Origin: Dictyostelium discoideum | Lineage: Eukaryota | Assembly: GCA_000004695.1 (NCBI GenBank) | Contig: CM000153.2 | Location: forward strand, 1,472,001-1,536,000 | Length of the DNA stretch: 64,000 nt | Direction: 5' to 3' | Shown: in pieces, positions 14,936-27,214 of the stretch | How the letters are laid out: every line of letters begins with the position of its first letter | How positions within the stretch are numbered: position 1 is the first letter of the stretch | The notes under the pieces: model-generated | What the model was told of the DNA's origin: nothing | The model's input: only the letters and a program-made list of their open reading frames with translations | Database searches by the model: none | Made by a program: the position numbers and the translations under genes

Positions 14936-17900
14936 TTATACAATATTATCATGATCTGATAATAATGATAATTTTTCAATTTTATTATTACTCTTTGAAG
15001 AGATTGTTGGAGATGATTCGAAAATGATTTTATTTTTCTTGAAAAGTTGTGATTGCTCTTTATGAATTCTTTGTCTAGTTTCTTCGGTTGTACGAGAATG
15101 AATTGGAATATCTGGTTTTTGATAAGTTTTTAAATGAAGTGAAGAAAGTACGACGCTGATTGAAGAGAAAGCCATTGCTAAACCAGCCATCATTGGTGGA
15201 ATTGAAATACCAAATGGTATGAGTAAACCAGCAGCTAATGGTATACCTAATATATTATAAAGTGTTGCCCAAAGATAATTGAAACGAATACGATTGAATG
15301 TAGTTTTCGATAAACTAATTGCAGTGATTACATCTCTAAGATCACTTTTAACCAAAACTATATCAGCTGCTTCGATTGCGATATCAGTGCCAGCACCAAT
15401 TGCAATACCGACATCAGCCTCTGCCAAAGCGGGACTGTCATTAATTCCATCGCCAATCATTGCCACTGTGTGACCCATCTTTTTCAATTCCATAACTTTC
15501 TTTGATTTATTCGATGGTAATACCTCTGCAAACACTTGATCGATACCAACCTGTTGAGCTATAGCATTTGCAGTTCTTGGATTATCACCTGTTACCATCC
15601 AAGTACAAATTCCCATCTTATTCAACTCTGTAATGGTTGCATGTGCTTCTGGTTTCAATTGATCAGAGATTGCAATATATCCCATTAATTGTCTATCAAT
15701 TACAACATAAACAACTGTATTACCATCAGATTCTAATCTTCTTACTTGATCTTCAATGTGTGATAATGTTCCTTCATCATCATCATCATCATCATTGTGG
15801 TGGTGGTTGTTGTTTATTGATCTATCCGGACTAATAGTTAATGTTGGATCATATGAAATACCTTCACTCTTTATCCATTTCAAATTACCAATCATAATTT
15901 CAATATTATTAGGTGCTAAAGTTGCACGAATACCACTACCAGTTATTGATTCGAATGATAGTGGTGGTGTTGTTGATTGAACATCACAAACTTCAAATGC
16001 ATAATTTACAATTGCGCCTGCTAATGGATGTTCAGATGCAGCTTCTGCTGATGCAACCATTTGAAAGAATGTTTTTTTATTTATTTTACCACTATTATTA
16101 TTACCATTGTTGTTGTTGTTGAGATTACCAAAAATATTTACATTTGATACAATTGGTTTACCAGTTGTTAATGTACCAGTTTTATCGAAAATGATTGCTG
16201 AAATTTTATGAGCTGTTTCTAAATGACTACCACCTTTAATTAAAATACCATTTTGAGCACCAATACCAGTACCAACCATAACAGCCGTTGGTGTAGCCAA
16301 ACCCAATGCACATGGACATGCGATTACAATTACAGAGATTGCATTTCTTAGAGCGAATTGAAATACTGAACTATTTGATGCTTTTATATAATCAGAGGCA
16401 ACACCAGATGAACCAGCAATTAACCAAACTATGAATGTTAATAAACCCAATGTAATCACTGATGGAACGAAATAACCACTAACTTTATCGGCTAAACTTT
16501 GAATTGGGGCTCTCTCTGTTTGAGCTTTTTCAACCAATTTAATGATTTGTGATAATGAAGTTTCACCACCGATTCTAGTTGCTTTCATAACTAACACACC
16601 CTTTTGATTTAATGTACCACCAATTAATTTATCACCAGATTTCTTTGAAACTGGTAAACTTTCACCAGTGATAATCGATTCATCTATATGTGATAACCCA
16701 CTAACTACAATACCATCGGTTGGTACTTTACTTCCTGGTAATACCTTTAAATAATCACCACGTTGAACTAAATCAATATCAATTTCTCTTTCTTCTAATA
16801 TAGTTGTTGTAGTTTTATTATCACTACCACCACCACCACCACCACCTTCATTTTGATCAATTGTTAATAATAATGCTTTTGTAGCTTGTAAACCCATTAA
16901 TTTTTTAATTGCTTCTGATGTTTTTCCTTTTGCAATCACTTCTAAATATTTACCTAATAAAATAAAAGTTATCAATGATGCAGAAGTATCAAAAAATGTT
17001 TTCATTCCAACTGTACTACCACCATCCTCTGAAGTATAATCCATTAACAATACCATTAAACTATAGAAATAAGCACAACTTGTACCCAATGCTACCAATA
17101 CATCCATATTGGCACCACCATGTTTTAATGATTTATAACCATTAACATAAAATCTTTTACCAACTAAAAATTGAACTGGTGTTGTTAAACATAACATAAT
17201 TGAATCTGCATAACTTATACCATGTAAAATATTATTTGTATATAAAAAATTGAAAACTAAATAATAATAATAATAATCATTTTTTTTTTTTTTTGGATAT
17301 TAGTATTATTTTGTATATTTTGGTAATTAATTTAATAGTAATAGTAATAAATAAATACATACAACTAATTTTATGTAAAACCATTCCAATTAAAAATACA
17401 GGTACAGTAAAAAATGTACTAAATATTAAATTTTTCTTTAATTTTTCAGCTTCTTCTTTTTGAATATTTTTAGTATCATCAAAATTTTGAGAAGGTATTT
17501 GAGCAGTGAAACCTACATCTTCAATATTTCTAATGATATCTCTAACACCAGTTAAATCTGGATCATATACAACTCTTGCCGTTTCCATTGCTAAATTCAC
17601 TCTACACTCGATTACACCATCAACATTTGAAACATAATTCTCTATAATTCCAACACATGATGAACATGTCATACCTCCAATATTTAAAACTATTGTATTA
17701 TTCTCTGCTTGTACTAAATGTTTAGCTTCAAATCCAACCATTGAAATTTGTTCAACTATATCATCTTCCTATAAAAAAAATTATAAAATCAATATTAAAT
17801 ATTCAAAAAATCATCACATTTTTATTTTTATTTTCATTGTCATCATCATCATCATCATCATTATGATCATATTTTATGATATTTTTATAATTTATTTACA

Positions 17901-18134
17901 TACACTTAAAATTAATGGATTAAATTTAACTTCAGCAGTTTCTTGAAGTAATGCAACTTGTATTGAGATTACACCTTCAACATTTGAAACAAAACTCTCT
18001 ATAATTCCAACACATGATGAACATGTCATACCCTGTACACTAAAAATGGCTTTTTTTTCTTTCGGTATTGATGCTCCATCTGGAAATTCTTCAACCTTTT
18101 TATCTAAAACTTCTAATTGAATGTAATCTCCCAT
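14936..18134 (-). CDS. Copper-transporting P1B-type ATPase with two N-terminal HMA domains (ATP7-like); exons (minus) 18134..17904, 17768..17363, 17256..14936
   Basis: Two HMA motifs GMTCSSCVGIIE fall on exons 1 and 2. Junction 1 is ..NPLILS|GTATGT...TATAG|EDDIVEQISMVGFEA. Junction 2 is ..VLHKIS+t|GTATGT...TTTAG|tt.FNFLYTNNILHGISYADSIMLCLTTPVQF (phase 1 verified). Exon 3 carries the TGES-like actuator, the CPC motif (IACPCALGLATPTAV), DKTGTLT, GDGINDSPALA, and C-terminal TM helices. The product is about 985 aa. Confidence 0.8.
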
Positions 18135-18230
18135 TTTTATTTATTTGTTGTTTTTTCTATATTTTTTCTATATTTTTTTATTTTTTTTTTTTTTGTTGGT
18201 TCAAAACTGATTGATAACAAGGTAATATTA

Positions 18231-18264
<34 letters not shown>

Positions 18265-18276
18265 CTTTTTTTTTAT

Positions 18277-18338
<62 letters not shown>

Positions 18339-18725
18339 GAGCTAATTATAATAATAATAATGTTATTATGTCAGTAATCTGTTTAATTATTATTATTATT
18401 TTATCTTTTTATTTTTATTTTTTTTTATTTTTTTTTCAAATATTTGAGTTTTATAGAGTGTGTGTGTTGAATATCTTAAGATGGATTTGGTTTTTTTTAA
18501 AAGAAAATAAAAAAAATAAAAAAAAAAATAAAAAAAAACTGGGTGAAGATTGTGTTTTAAAAAAAAAAATAAAAAAAAATAACAATAAAAGTTATTTGAT
18601 CAATTACAATAAAACTAAAAATTATATAGGTATTTTCAAATTTATAACAGTTTTAAAATTATAATCTTACTTTTTTTTTTTGTTTTTTTTTTTATTCCAA
18701 AATAAATAAATAATAAATAAATTAA

Positions 18726-18764
<39 letters not shown>

Positions 18765-18933
18765 GTTCACCTTTTTTTCACTTCTCCTTCTCCCTCTTCT
18801 TTGGTTTGGAAAAAAAAAATTAAAAAAATTAAAAAAATTAAAAAAATAAAGAAATTAAAAAAAAAAAAAAAAGAAAATTAAAAAAAAAAAAAAAAAAATA
18901 TTAAAAAATAAACGATATTTTTCCAACTTTTTT

Positions 18934-19262
18934 GAAACACAACAATTTTTGTGAGATTTCATTTTTTGTGGATTATATATTCTGTGGAAAAAAAAAAAAA
19001 AAAAAATAAGGAAATATTTTTTTTTTTTTTTTTTTAATTTTTTTTTATTTATTTTTTTTTTTTATTTATTTTTTTTTTATTTCTATTTTTAATTTTTTTT
19101 TTATTTTTTATTTTTTTTCCACAAATAGTGTTTGGTCATGTGAAAAAAAAAAAAAAAAAAGAATTATTGATTTTTGAATTTCTCTATACATTAAATATTA
19201 TTGAGTGATACTTGGAATAATAAATTGATTATCCTTTACATTAATAATATGTGAATTTATAA
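18934..19262. repeat. Direct repeat copy 1 (about 330 bp); pairs with copy at 20840..21197
   Basis: It starts gaaacacaacaatttttgtgagatttcattttttgtg and ends ..gaatttctctatacattaaatattattgagtgatacttggaataataaattgattatcctttacattaataatatgtgaatttataa. The second copy is near-identical apart from its internal poly-A/T region. Confidence 0.8.
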
Positions 19263-19644
19263 AAAAAAAAATAAAGGAAAAAGAAATATTAGTTTAAAAT
19301 TTTAATCAATCATATAATCTTATCATTTTTTATTTATCTTTATCCTATTAAAAGAATTTTTTTCATGGTGAATATTAGAACTAATTAATAAAAATAAATA
19401 TATAAAAAAAAAACTAAAAAAAAAAAAAAATAGAAAGAAAAAAAAAACTAAAAATAAAAAAAAAATTTTTAAACAAAAGAATCTTTTTTTTTTTTTTTTT
19501 TTTTCAAAAAAAGTTTCCAGTTTATTATGTTCTCATTTTGAATTTGAATCTAGAACTATATATTAAAACACATTTTCAATCAACATAAATTTGTTATTGC
19601 TGATGTTAATCAAATTACAAATTTAGTTGGTTATTTAGAACCAA

Positions 19645-19656
19645 TTGGAAAAAGCA

Positions 19657-19734
<78 letters not shown>

Positions 19735-19890
19735 GGTAAACCACTAACAGAATTTACAACAACAGTTGTTCAAACTCAAACTTCAAAATCTGAACCTGTT
19801 ACAAACTATTATTTACTTTGTGACATTTGGTACCACAAGATCAAGATTTTAGAAGAAAATTACAAACTGGTAAGTTTCTTTTTTTTTTAA
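19645..19890 (+). other. ORF of doubtful coding value that overlaps a (GTT)23 microsatellite and ends at a GTAAGT donor-like site; possible upstream fragment of the degenerate element
   Basis: The listed ORF reads MEKAI(V)26GKPLTEFTTTVVQTQTSKSEPVTNYYLLCDIWYHKIKILEENYKL, followed by gtaagt. No phase-compatible acceptor links it to the ORF at 20174. Confidence 0.2.
19659..19736. repeat. (GTT)n microsatellite; a second (GTT)n lies at 18278..18338
   Basis: This is read directly from the sequence. Confidence 0.95.
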
Positions 19891-19926
19891 TAAAGATTTT
19901 GAATACTAAGAATCTTGAAGTTTTAA

Positions 19927-20042
<116 letters not shown>

Positions 20043-20173
20043 TAATAATAATAAAAATAATACTAATCTATAAATAATAAATAAAAAAAATACTAATTTA
20101 TTATAAAAATTTTCTTTTTTTTTTTTTTTTTATAAATTAAATTGGTGATACATCTAATGAAATTTATGAAAGT

Positions 20174-20566
20174 TTGAAGAATCAATTAAAATATAGATAT
20201 GCGGATGGTAATATAAAAAAAGATTATTTAAATTTTATTTATTCAAGAGATTATTGTTATCAAGATTTGATTAGAGATAAAAAATCAAATGCTTCAGAAA
20301 AACAATTCAAAAGGAATTTAATTGATTTTTTACATAGAAATCACAACGAAGAGATTCAAATCTTGAAATCAAAAATCAATAAAATCAATGATAAAGATAT
20401 CAAATCGTTCTTTCAATTTGTTATAGTTTATTTTGGTTCTGCTCATTTTTCACATAGCTCTGGAGGTTGTCAAACTGGTTATGGGACAAAAAGAATCATT
20501 AAAATTTGGGAAGATTTAGGTTGTAGAGTTATATTGGTAGATGAAGTTTATACTTCACAGGTATGA
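20174..20566 (+). pseudogene. TnpB/Fanzor-like (OrfB_IS605-type) fragment covering the RuvC-II region through the conserved YTSQ motif; degenerate
   Basis: ..FVIVYFGSAHFSHSSGGCQTGYGTKRIIKIWEDLGCRVILVDEVYTSQV* aligns by eye with ISDra2 TnpB IIGTEHL...[38 protein letters not shown]. The positions S-x-S-x-G-x3-(F/Y)-x3-(I/L)-x-(I/Y)-K, G-x-(V/I), V-D/S-x-x-(Y/F)-(T/P)-S-Q are conserved. The catalytic Glu position reads Ala and about 14 residues are missing. The ORF starts with TTG, has no in-frame Met, has an in-frame stop just upstream, and shows no RuvC-I motif. After TSQV the sequence decays into AT-rich repeat. Confidence 0.45.
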
Positions 20567-20649
20567 ATAATTATATATATATTTAATAATATAAAAATGA
20601 AAATAATAATAATAATAAATAATAATAATAATAAATAATAATAAATAAT

Positions 20650-20828
20650 AATTTTTAATGGTAAAGTTGAGTTGTTCCCTTTATGTATATGTTAAATGCA
20701 CCAACATTATCACGATTTTTAATTCCATGAATTTTGCAACGTTTTAATTTGTAACATTTATTGAAACACTCGAGTTTTTCATTTGGTCCAACGGGACATT
20801 TTACACCTTTTACTTGCGAAAAATATTT
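20650..20828 (-). pseudogene. TnpB/Fanzor-like C-terminal fragment (zinc-ribbon remnant plus RuvC-III motif), convergent with the plus-strand fragment
   Basis: The minus-strand reading is (K)YFSQVKGVKCPVGPNEKLECFNKCYKLKRCKIHGIKNRDNVGAFNIYIKGTTQLYH*. The string NRDNVGAFNI matches the TnpB RuvC-III consensus h-D-R-D-x-N-A-A-x-N-I. The C..C..C..C arrangement is a degenerate zinc ribbon. The N-terminal YFSQV overlaps the C-terminal YTSQV of the plus-strand fragment at the protein level but with different codons, so these are two diverged partial copies. It abuts direct-repeat copy 2. Confidence 0.45.
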
Positions 20829-20839
20829 TTAGTTTTATT

Positions 20840-21197
20840 GAAACACAACAATTTTTGTGAGATTTCATTTTTTGTGTAAAAGAATTTGATTATATACTCC
20901 GTGAAAAAAAAAAAAATAAAAAAAAATAAAAAATAAAAAAAATAAAAAAATAAAGAAAAGAAGGAAGTCAAATAAGGATATTTTTTTTTTTTTTTTTTTA
21001 ATTTTTTTTTTATTTATTTTTTTTTTTATTTCTATTTTTAATTTTTTTTTTTTTTTTTAATGTTTAATTTCATATGAAAAAAAAAAAAAAAAAAAGAATT
21101 ATTGATTTTTGAATTTCTCTATACATTAAATATTATTGAGTGATACTTGGAATAATAAATTGATTATCCTTTACATTAATAATATGTGAATTTATAA
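20840..21197. repeat. Direct repeat copy 2 (about 358 bp)
   Basis: See copy 1. It has the same orientation and sits 1.9 kb downstream of copy 1. Confidence 0.8.
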
Positions 21198-21206
21198 TTT
21201 TTTTTT

Positions 21207-21257
<51 letters not shown>

Positions 21258-21284
21258 TTTTTTTTTGTATTTGATTTGATTTGA

Positions 21285-22129
21285 TTATTTAACAAAAGCT
21301 TCAGAAACATCTTTTAATAAAGCAACTCTTGTACGTGATAATTTAACACCTAAAATTGGGGCGGTGTAAGAGGCTTTTTCGGCGTTTAATAACTTTGCAT
21401 AAAAGAAATCCTTAAAGGCTTGATCCTTTTTGAAGAGTCCATTTGCGGGCATTGGTGGACCGAATTGAGGAACATTATCCTTTGAAACCACAGCCATTTT
21501 ATAGTAACGTTGATTTGGATCGGAATCCAATTTGACCGCCTTAACCAATAATACAACATGAACTTGACGAGAACTAATTGTGGTTGGTCTGTAGACGGTA
21601 TCACCGTCTTGGAAAACGATGACCACAATATCGTTACCGATGTGACGTTTTCTCTCCAATTGTTGTTTATCCTTTTCATTGAATGGTAGCATGCAAGAGA
21701 CATGATACATCACCTCATTGTTGTTCCAACGCTGATAGATTGAATGTGAACCGGTTGTACCAGTTCTAACGTCCAATCCCGCTCTAAAGTGTGTCCAACC
21801 CTCCAATGGAACACGATCACCAATAAAATCCAAAAACTCTTCAAACTCTGGACTAGTTTGAACGTTTGAAAACATTTCATCCTCTTTGTTTTGTCCTTCT
21901 TGAGCGTACAATATTCCAAATTTAAATCCTTTAATTGTTTGTTTCTCTTCAAGATTCATTAAAGCTTGTGATATTCTTGGATCTGTTATCAATTTTAATC
22001 CTCCATAATTATTACCTAATGCTTTCAATATATCGTATGGTGATGGTCCTGTTCTAAATATTCTTCTCCACCATGATGCTTTTATATTATCAACTGGTAT
22101 TTTAACTCTTTCATTACCCTTTTTTTTTC

Positions 22130-22200
<71 letters not shown>

Positions 22201-22732
22201 TAAAAAAAACACAAAACTATTAATAAATACACATATCTCAATAGTTTTTTTTTATTATTTTTATTAAATACATACAGCTTGAGTTCTAACTAATGCTAAA
22301 TAGTTTTTTGAATCTTTATCTAATACAATTGAAATACCAACTGGACCATTTGGTGATGCTGATGGTAATGAAAGAAAGTTATAGTGTGCTATTTTATTTT
22401 ATATTATATTATTTTTAGTGATAATCAATGGTTAGAAAATTTTTCAATACATATATGAGCTAAATATATTCTTTGAATCGTCATTGTTGTTGTTGTTATT
22501 ATTGTTATTGTTATTGTTGTAATTGTAATTGCTTTTGTTGATTAACAATGACTGATCACCAATTAATTTAATACATACCACAATTTAAAAAGTTATCTCT
22601 ATAATAAATTGAATCATTATCTGATAAATCAAATACATCATCCAATAAATTTGGAACATTGCAATCATATACTTGGGCGGGTTCATTTATGGATGACCCT
22701 TCAATAATATATCCTACAGCTGGCGCAATCAT
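21285..22732 (-). CDS. Rap GTPase-activating protein (Rap_GAP domain); exons (minus) 22732..22579, 22388..22276, 22118..21285
   Basis: ORF 21285-22028 contains a Rap_GAP core (FKFGILYAQEGQ..EDEMFSN...FEEFLDFIG...HIGNDIVVIVFQDG). The frame extends upstream to an acceptor at 22119 (GNERVKIPVDNIKASWWRRIFRTGPSPYDILKALGNNYGG..). The preceding exon is ..AHYNFLSLPSASPNGPVGISIVLDKDSKNYLALVRTQA|GTATGT. The first exon is MIAPAVGYIIEGSSINEPAQVYDCNVPNLLDDVFDLSDNDSIYYRDNFLNC(g)|GTATGT, with an in-frame stop upstream of the ATG. The product is about 366 aa. Exon 1 and its start are less certain. Confidence 0.6.
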
Positions 22733-23157
22733 TTTTATTGTAGTGGTAGTTGTTTTATTTTATTTCAAATTATTATCTTCTTCTAATGTAGGTATGTGTG
22801 AGTGTGTTATTGATAATGCTGTAGCTATGTTACTTTTTATTGTTTGTTTTTGGTAGTTAATATTTTTGTGTATATGCTGCTGTAGTTATTCCTATTTTAC
22901 TTGGTTTTTTTTTTTTTTTTTTTTTTTTTCTATAGTAGTTGCTATTGCTATTGTTATTGCTATTGTTTTTGTTGTTGTTGTTTAAATAAATAAATAAATA
23001 GTTGCTCCTTCTTCTTTTTGTTCTTCCTCTACCTCTTCCTTTATTATATGATTGTTTTTATTATTACACGTTTTTTTTTTTATATATTGTAAAATTAAAA
23101 TTTAAATTGAATTATCTATTGTTTATCTATTAGTTTGTTATTATTGAAATATTAGTA

Positions 23158-23201
<44 letters not shown>

Positions 23202-23357
23202 ATTTGTGTGAAATAAAGGTGAAGCGAGTTTGTGTGCACTTTTTCAAAAAAAAAAGAAAAAAAAAAAATACAAAATTAAAAAAAAAAAAAACAAGATAAT
23301 GTTTTGGGTTTATATTTATTACTCTCCAACACACACACTTTAAATGGTTTTTTATTA

Positions 23358-23404
<47 letters not shown>

Positions 23405-24440
23405 TTTTATTTTTTTTATTTTTTTTTTTTTTATAAAAATTGAAAAAAAAAAAAAAAAAAAAAATTGAAAAAAATAAAAAAATAAAAAAAAAAGAAAAAA
23501 AATAAAAAAAAAATAAAAAAATAAAAAAAATAAAAAAAGAAAAAAAAAAAAAAAAAGTCCCGTGTGATTATCAAAGTTGATAACGGTTTCAAATGTTTTT
23601 TTTTTTATATTAAAATATTACATTCCCAAAATAAGCCACCTTTTTATTTACTTTTAATTTTTTATTTATTTTTTTGTTTATTTTTTATTACAAACAATAG
23701 AGAGATAATTATATTTTATTTCTGTTTAAAAAAAAAAAAAAAAAAAAAAAATCGGAGTGAATAAACCTAATGAAAGCAAAAAAATTATATTTAATTAAAA
23801 ATAAAAAAAATAAAAATAGAAAAAAAAAAATAAAAAAAAAAAAAACAAAAAAATAATAAAAAAAAAAAAACAAAAAATAAAAATAAAAATAAAAATAAAA
23901 TTTTTTACGATCGTGGGTTTATATAAACTTAGATCTAAATTATGATGGCAAAGAATTATTTTACTTTATTTTACTTTTTTATTTATTTAATTTTTTTTAT
24001 TTATTTAATTTTTTTTTTTTATTTTATTTTTTATTTAATTTTTATTTATTTTTAAAATATGAAAGTGGTAATAATACTAGCAGTAAAATTAAAGTAATAA
24101 TAATAAAATCGATAATATGTAAAAAAAAAAAAAAATTTAAAAAAAAAAAAAAAAATTAAAAAAATACAAATATGGAAAAAGAAAAATAAAAAAATAAAAT
24201 AAAAAAATAAATTGTTAAAGGATTAAGTTATTATTTATAAGCCAAATTTTATTTGAAGGTGCACCATCTTTTTTGTTTTTTTTTTTATTATTTAAATTAC
24301 TTTTCAATTTAAAAGTATTATCTTGTCACTCGTTGAACAGAATCTTGTCCATACTAAATTCTTTTCCCATATTTTTTATTTTTTTTTTTTATTTTATTTT
24401 TTTTTTTTTCAATTTTCTTTTTCCATTATTAACTCTTACA

Positions 24441-24474
<34 letters not shown>

Positions 24475-25252
24475 AATTAACGAATTTTGATTTAACTAAA
24501 AAAATACAAATAGGGAAAAAAAAAAAAAAAAAAAACAGAGGAATTCAATTATATTTCCAATAACTAAATTATAATGAAAAGTTAAAAAAAAAAAAAAAAA
24601 AAATAAAATAAAATAAAAAAGGCAATTTAAAAATAGTTTGTAAAAAGTTTAATTATTTTATATTTTAATTTTATTTAATTTTTTATATATAATTTTTTTT
24701 TTTTTTATTTGATTTTTATTTATAAGTGCAAATGGGATCTGATGGGTCAGATTTTGCATCAGTGACGAGATAGTCACGTTTCTTTATAAAAAGATGTGTC
24801 ATTTCTTCATACCCAATAAACCAAATTTTTTAAAATAAACAAAATTGATTTTAATATTGGCATTATTATAATTTTTTTTATGGGTTTTTTTTTTTTTATT
24901 TTTTTTGGTGAAAGTTTCAAAAAAATTTTTTTTTTTTTTTTTAAATTTTTTTTTTTACTTAGTTAAATTTAGTAAAAAAAAAAATAATTAATTTTAATTT
25001 TAGGGGATGTCCCAAATTAAAAAAATTATGATTCTTAATGATTTTTTTTTTTTATTTTTTGTTTTAAAACATCGCCTTATAAAGATCAGGAGGTCATTTA
25101 ATTAAAAAAAAAAAAAAAAAAATAATAATAATATTTAAACTTATGTAAGAATAGTATTTTATTAATTTTAAATATTGTATTCTACCACCCAACTCTCATT
25201 GTAAAATTATAATAATAACATATTACTAATTTTTTTTTTTTATTTTAATTTT

Positions 25253-25313
<61 letters not shown>

Positions 25314-25377
25314 TTTAATTTTTTTTTTTTATTCTATTGTATGTTCACACACACATACTAATATTTAAATAAAAAAT

Positions 25378-26460
25378 ATGATACACATACTTAAATCAGT
25401 TAAAAAATTAAGACCATTGATTAATAATAATAATAAATTATTTTTTTCAAGTTCAACAACAACAACAACAATAATTAAAAAACCAGGAATTTTTAATAAA
25501 TCACAAAATATATATGATAAACCATTAAGAAGAGTATTTTTTAATGTACCAGGAAGTGATAAAAGGAAGATTGATAAATCATTAGCATTATCAGATACAA
25601 TTGATTCTATTGTATTAGATTTAGAAGATGGTGTATCAGTTAATAGAAAACAAGAAGCAAGAGATACCATCCAAAAAGCAGTAGTTGAAGAATCATTTGG
25701 TAAAGCAGAGGTTTTGATTAGAGTGAATTCAGTGGATAGTGGTTTATTAGAGGATGATATCGATATGATTGGAAAGATTTCATCATATATTGACGGTTTA
25801 GTTATACCAAAGGTTGAACATCCTGATCATCTCATTTACATCACACAATTATTAAGAGAGAAATGTGGTGAATCAAATGCAAATAATTTGAAATTTATGG
25901 CATGTGTTGAATCTGCCATCAGTTTAATTAATTTAAAAGAAATTTGTAATTATAATGAAAAAATGAATAGTAGCAATAACAATAATAAATCACAATTAAA
26001 TGCATTAATATTCGCAAGTGAGGATTATTGTGCAGATACAGGTATAACTAGAACACCAACAGCAACAGAATTATTATATGCACGTAGTAGTGTAGTTAAT
26101 CATGCAGTTGCAAATGGATTACAAGCAATTGATATGGTTTGTATAAACTATAAAAATTCAGAAGTATTAAAAAAAGAAACTCATGAAGGTGTTCAATTAG
26201 GTTTCCATGGTAAACAAGCTATTCATCCAAATCAAATCGATATCATCAATCAATCATTCCGTCCATCATTAGAGAAATTCAATTTTGCCACTAAAATCGT
26301 TGAACAAAATGAAATTCATCAATCACAAGGTAAAGGTGCTTTTGAAATTGATGGTAAAATGATTGATATGCCAATGGTAAAATGGGCAAGAAATATTCTC
26401 TCAATTGAAAACTTTTATCCACCAAGAGATTCAGAAGAAATTGAACAACAACAACAATAA
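25378..26460 (+). CDS. Citrate lyase beta-like / citramalyl-CoA lyase (CLYBL/CitE, HpcH-HpaI family), probably mitochondrial; single exon
   Basis: The sequence is RRVFFNVPGSDKRKIDKSLALSDTIDSIVLDLEDGV...EVLIRVNSVDSGLLEDDID...ASEDYCADTGI...GFHGKQAIHPNQIDIIN, the CitE/CLYBL signature. The N-terminus is basic/Ser/Thr-rich and presequence-like. Confidence 0.75.
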   Translation: MIHILKSVKKLRPLINNNNKLFFSSSTTTTTIIKKPGIFNKSQNIYDKPLRRVFFNVPGSDKRKIDKSLALSDTIDSIVLDLEDGVSVNRKQEARDTIQKAVVEESFGKAEVLIRVNSVDSGLLEDDIDMIGKISSYIDGLVIPKVEHPDHLIYITQLLREKCGESNANNLKFMACVESAISLINLKEICNYNEKMNSSNNNNKSQLNALIFASEDYCADTGITRTPTATELLYARSSVVNHAVANGLQAIDMVCINYKNSEVLKKETHEGVQLGFHGKQAIHPNQIDIINQSFRPSLEKFNFATKIVEQNEIHQSQGKGAFEIDGKMIDMPMVKWARNILSIENFYPPRDSEEIEQQQQ

Positions 26461-26489
26461 ATTACTATCTATCACCTTTCAATATTCAA

Positions 26490-26533
<44 letters not shown>

Positions 26534-26594
26534 CAATCCAATTTTTAAAATCAAAAGCAATAATAATAATAATAAACTTTATTTAAAATTAAAT

Positions 26595-27183
26595 TTATTT
26601 TTTAAAATCTTGTTTAAAAATGAATTCTTTAACAAATGATGATGAATTATTAATTTTACAAGATGATTCACATGTATAAATTGATAAAATACCAAAATCA
26701 ATATCAGAAGAATTATTTTCTAAACTTGAATCCATTCCTAAGAAATAAAGTAATTGTGGTAAAATTTGAAATTCGAATTTTCTATTTGAACCACAATTTG
26801 AACAGGTTGGAATTTGTGATGGTGCTTGATCAGTATCAGATACCCAAAGTATTGGATAATTTGAATGTTTTGAGTAACGTAAGATTTGATCTTGATCTTT
26901 TTCAATTATACGTTTAAAATAAATCAATGATTTATCTTTAATCTTTGTGAATGTTTCTTCATTAAATTCTGCTTTCTTTCCAGTTTCACTAACATAATCT
27001 TCAAATTTACTAATTGCATCAGCATCACCAGTCACTGTCTCACCACCACTATTCGTTGGTACTAACTCTTTACCAATTTCATTCTTATAAATTGCATTAC
27101 CATTCTCATCTAAATCAATATCATCTTCATCATTATCATCATCATATTCATCGTCATTATCATTATCATTATCATTATTATCA

Positions 27184-27214
<31 letters not shown>

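Noticed and set aside
20567-20650. Intron joining the two TnpB-like pieces
   Set aside because: The pieces are on opposite strands, so splicing cannot join them. The GTATGA after TSQ is probably coincidental.
22659-22856. Plus-strand ORF overlapping RapGAP exon 1
   Set aside because: The opposite-strand reading (MIAPAVGYIIEGSS..) splices in frame into the RapGAP domain. The plus ORF has no support.
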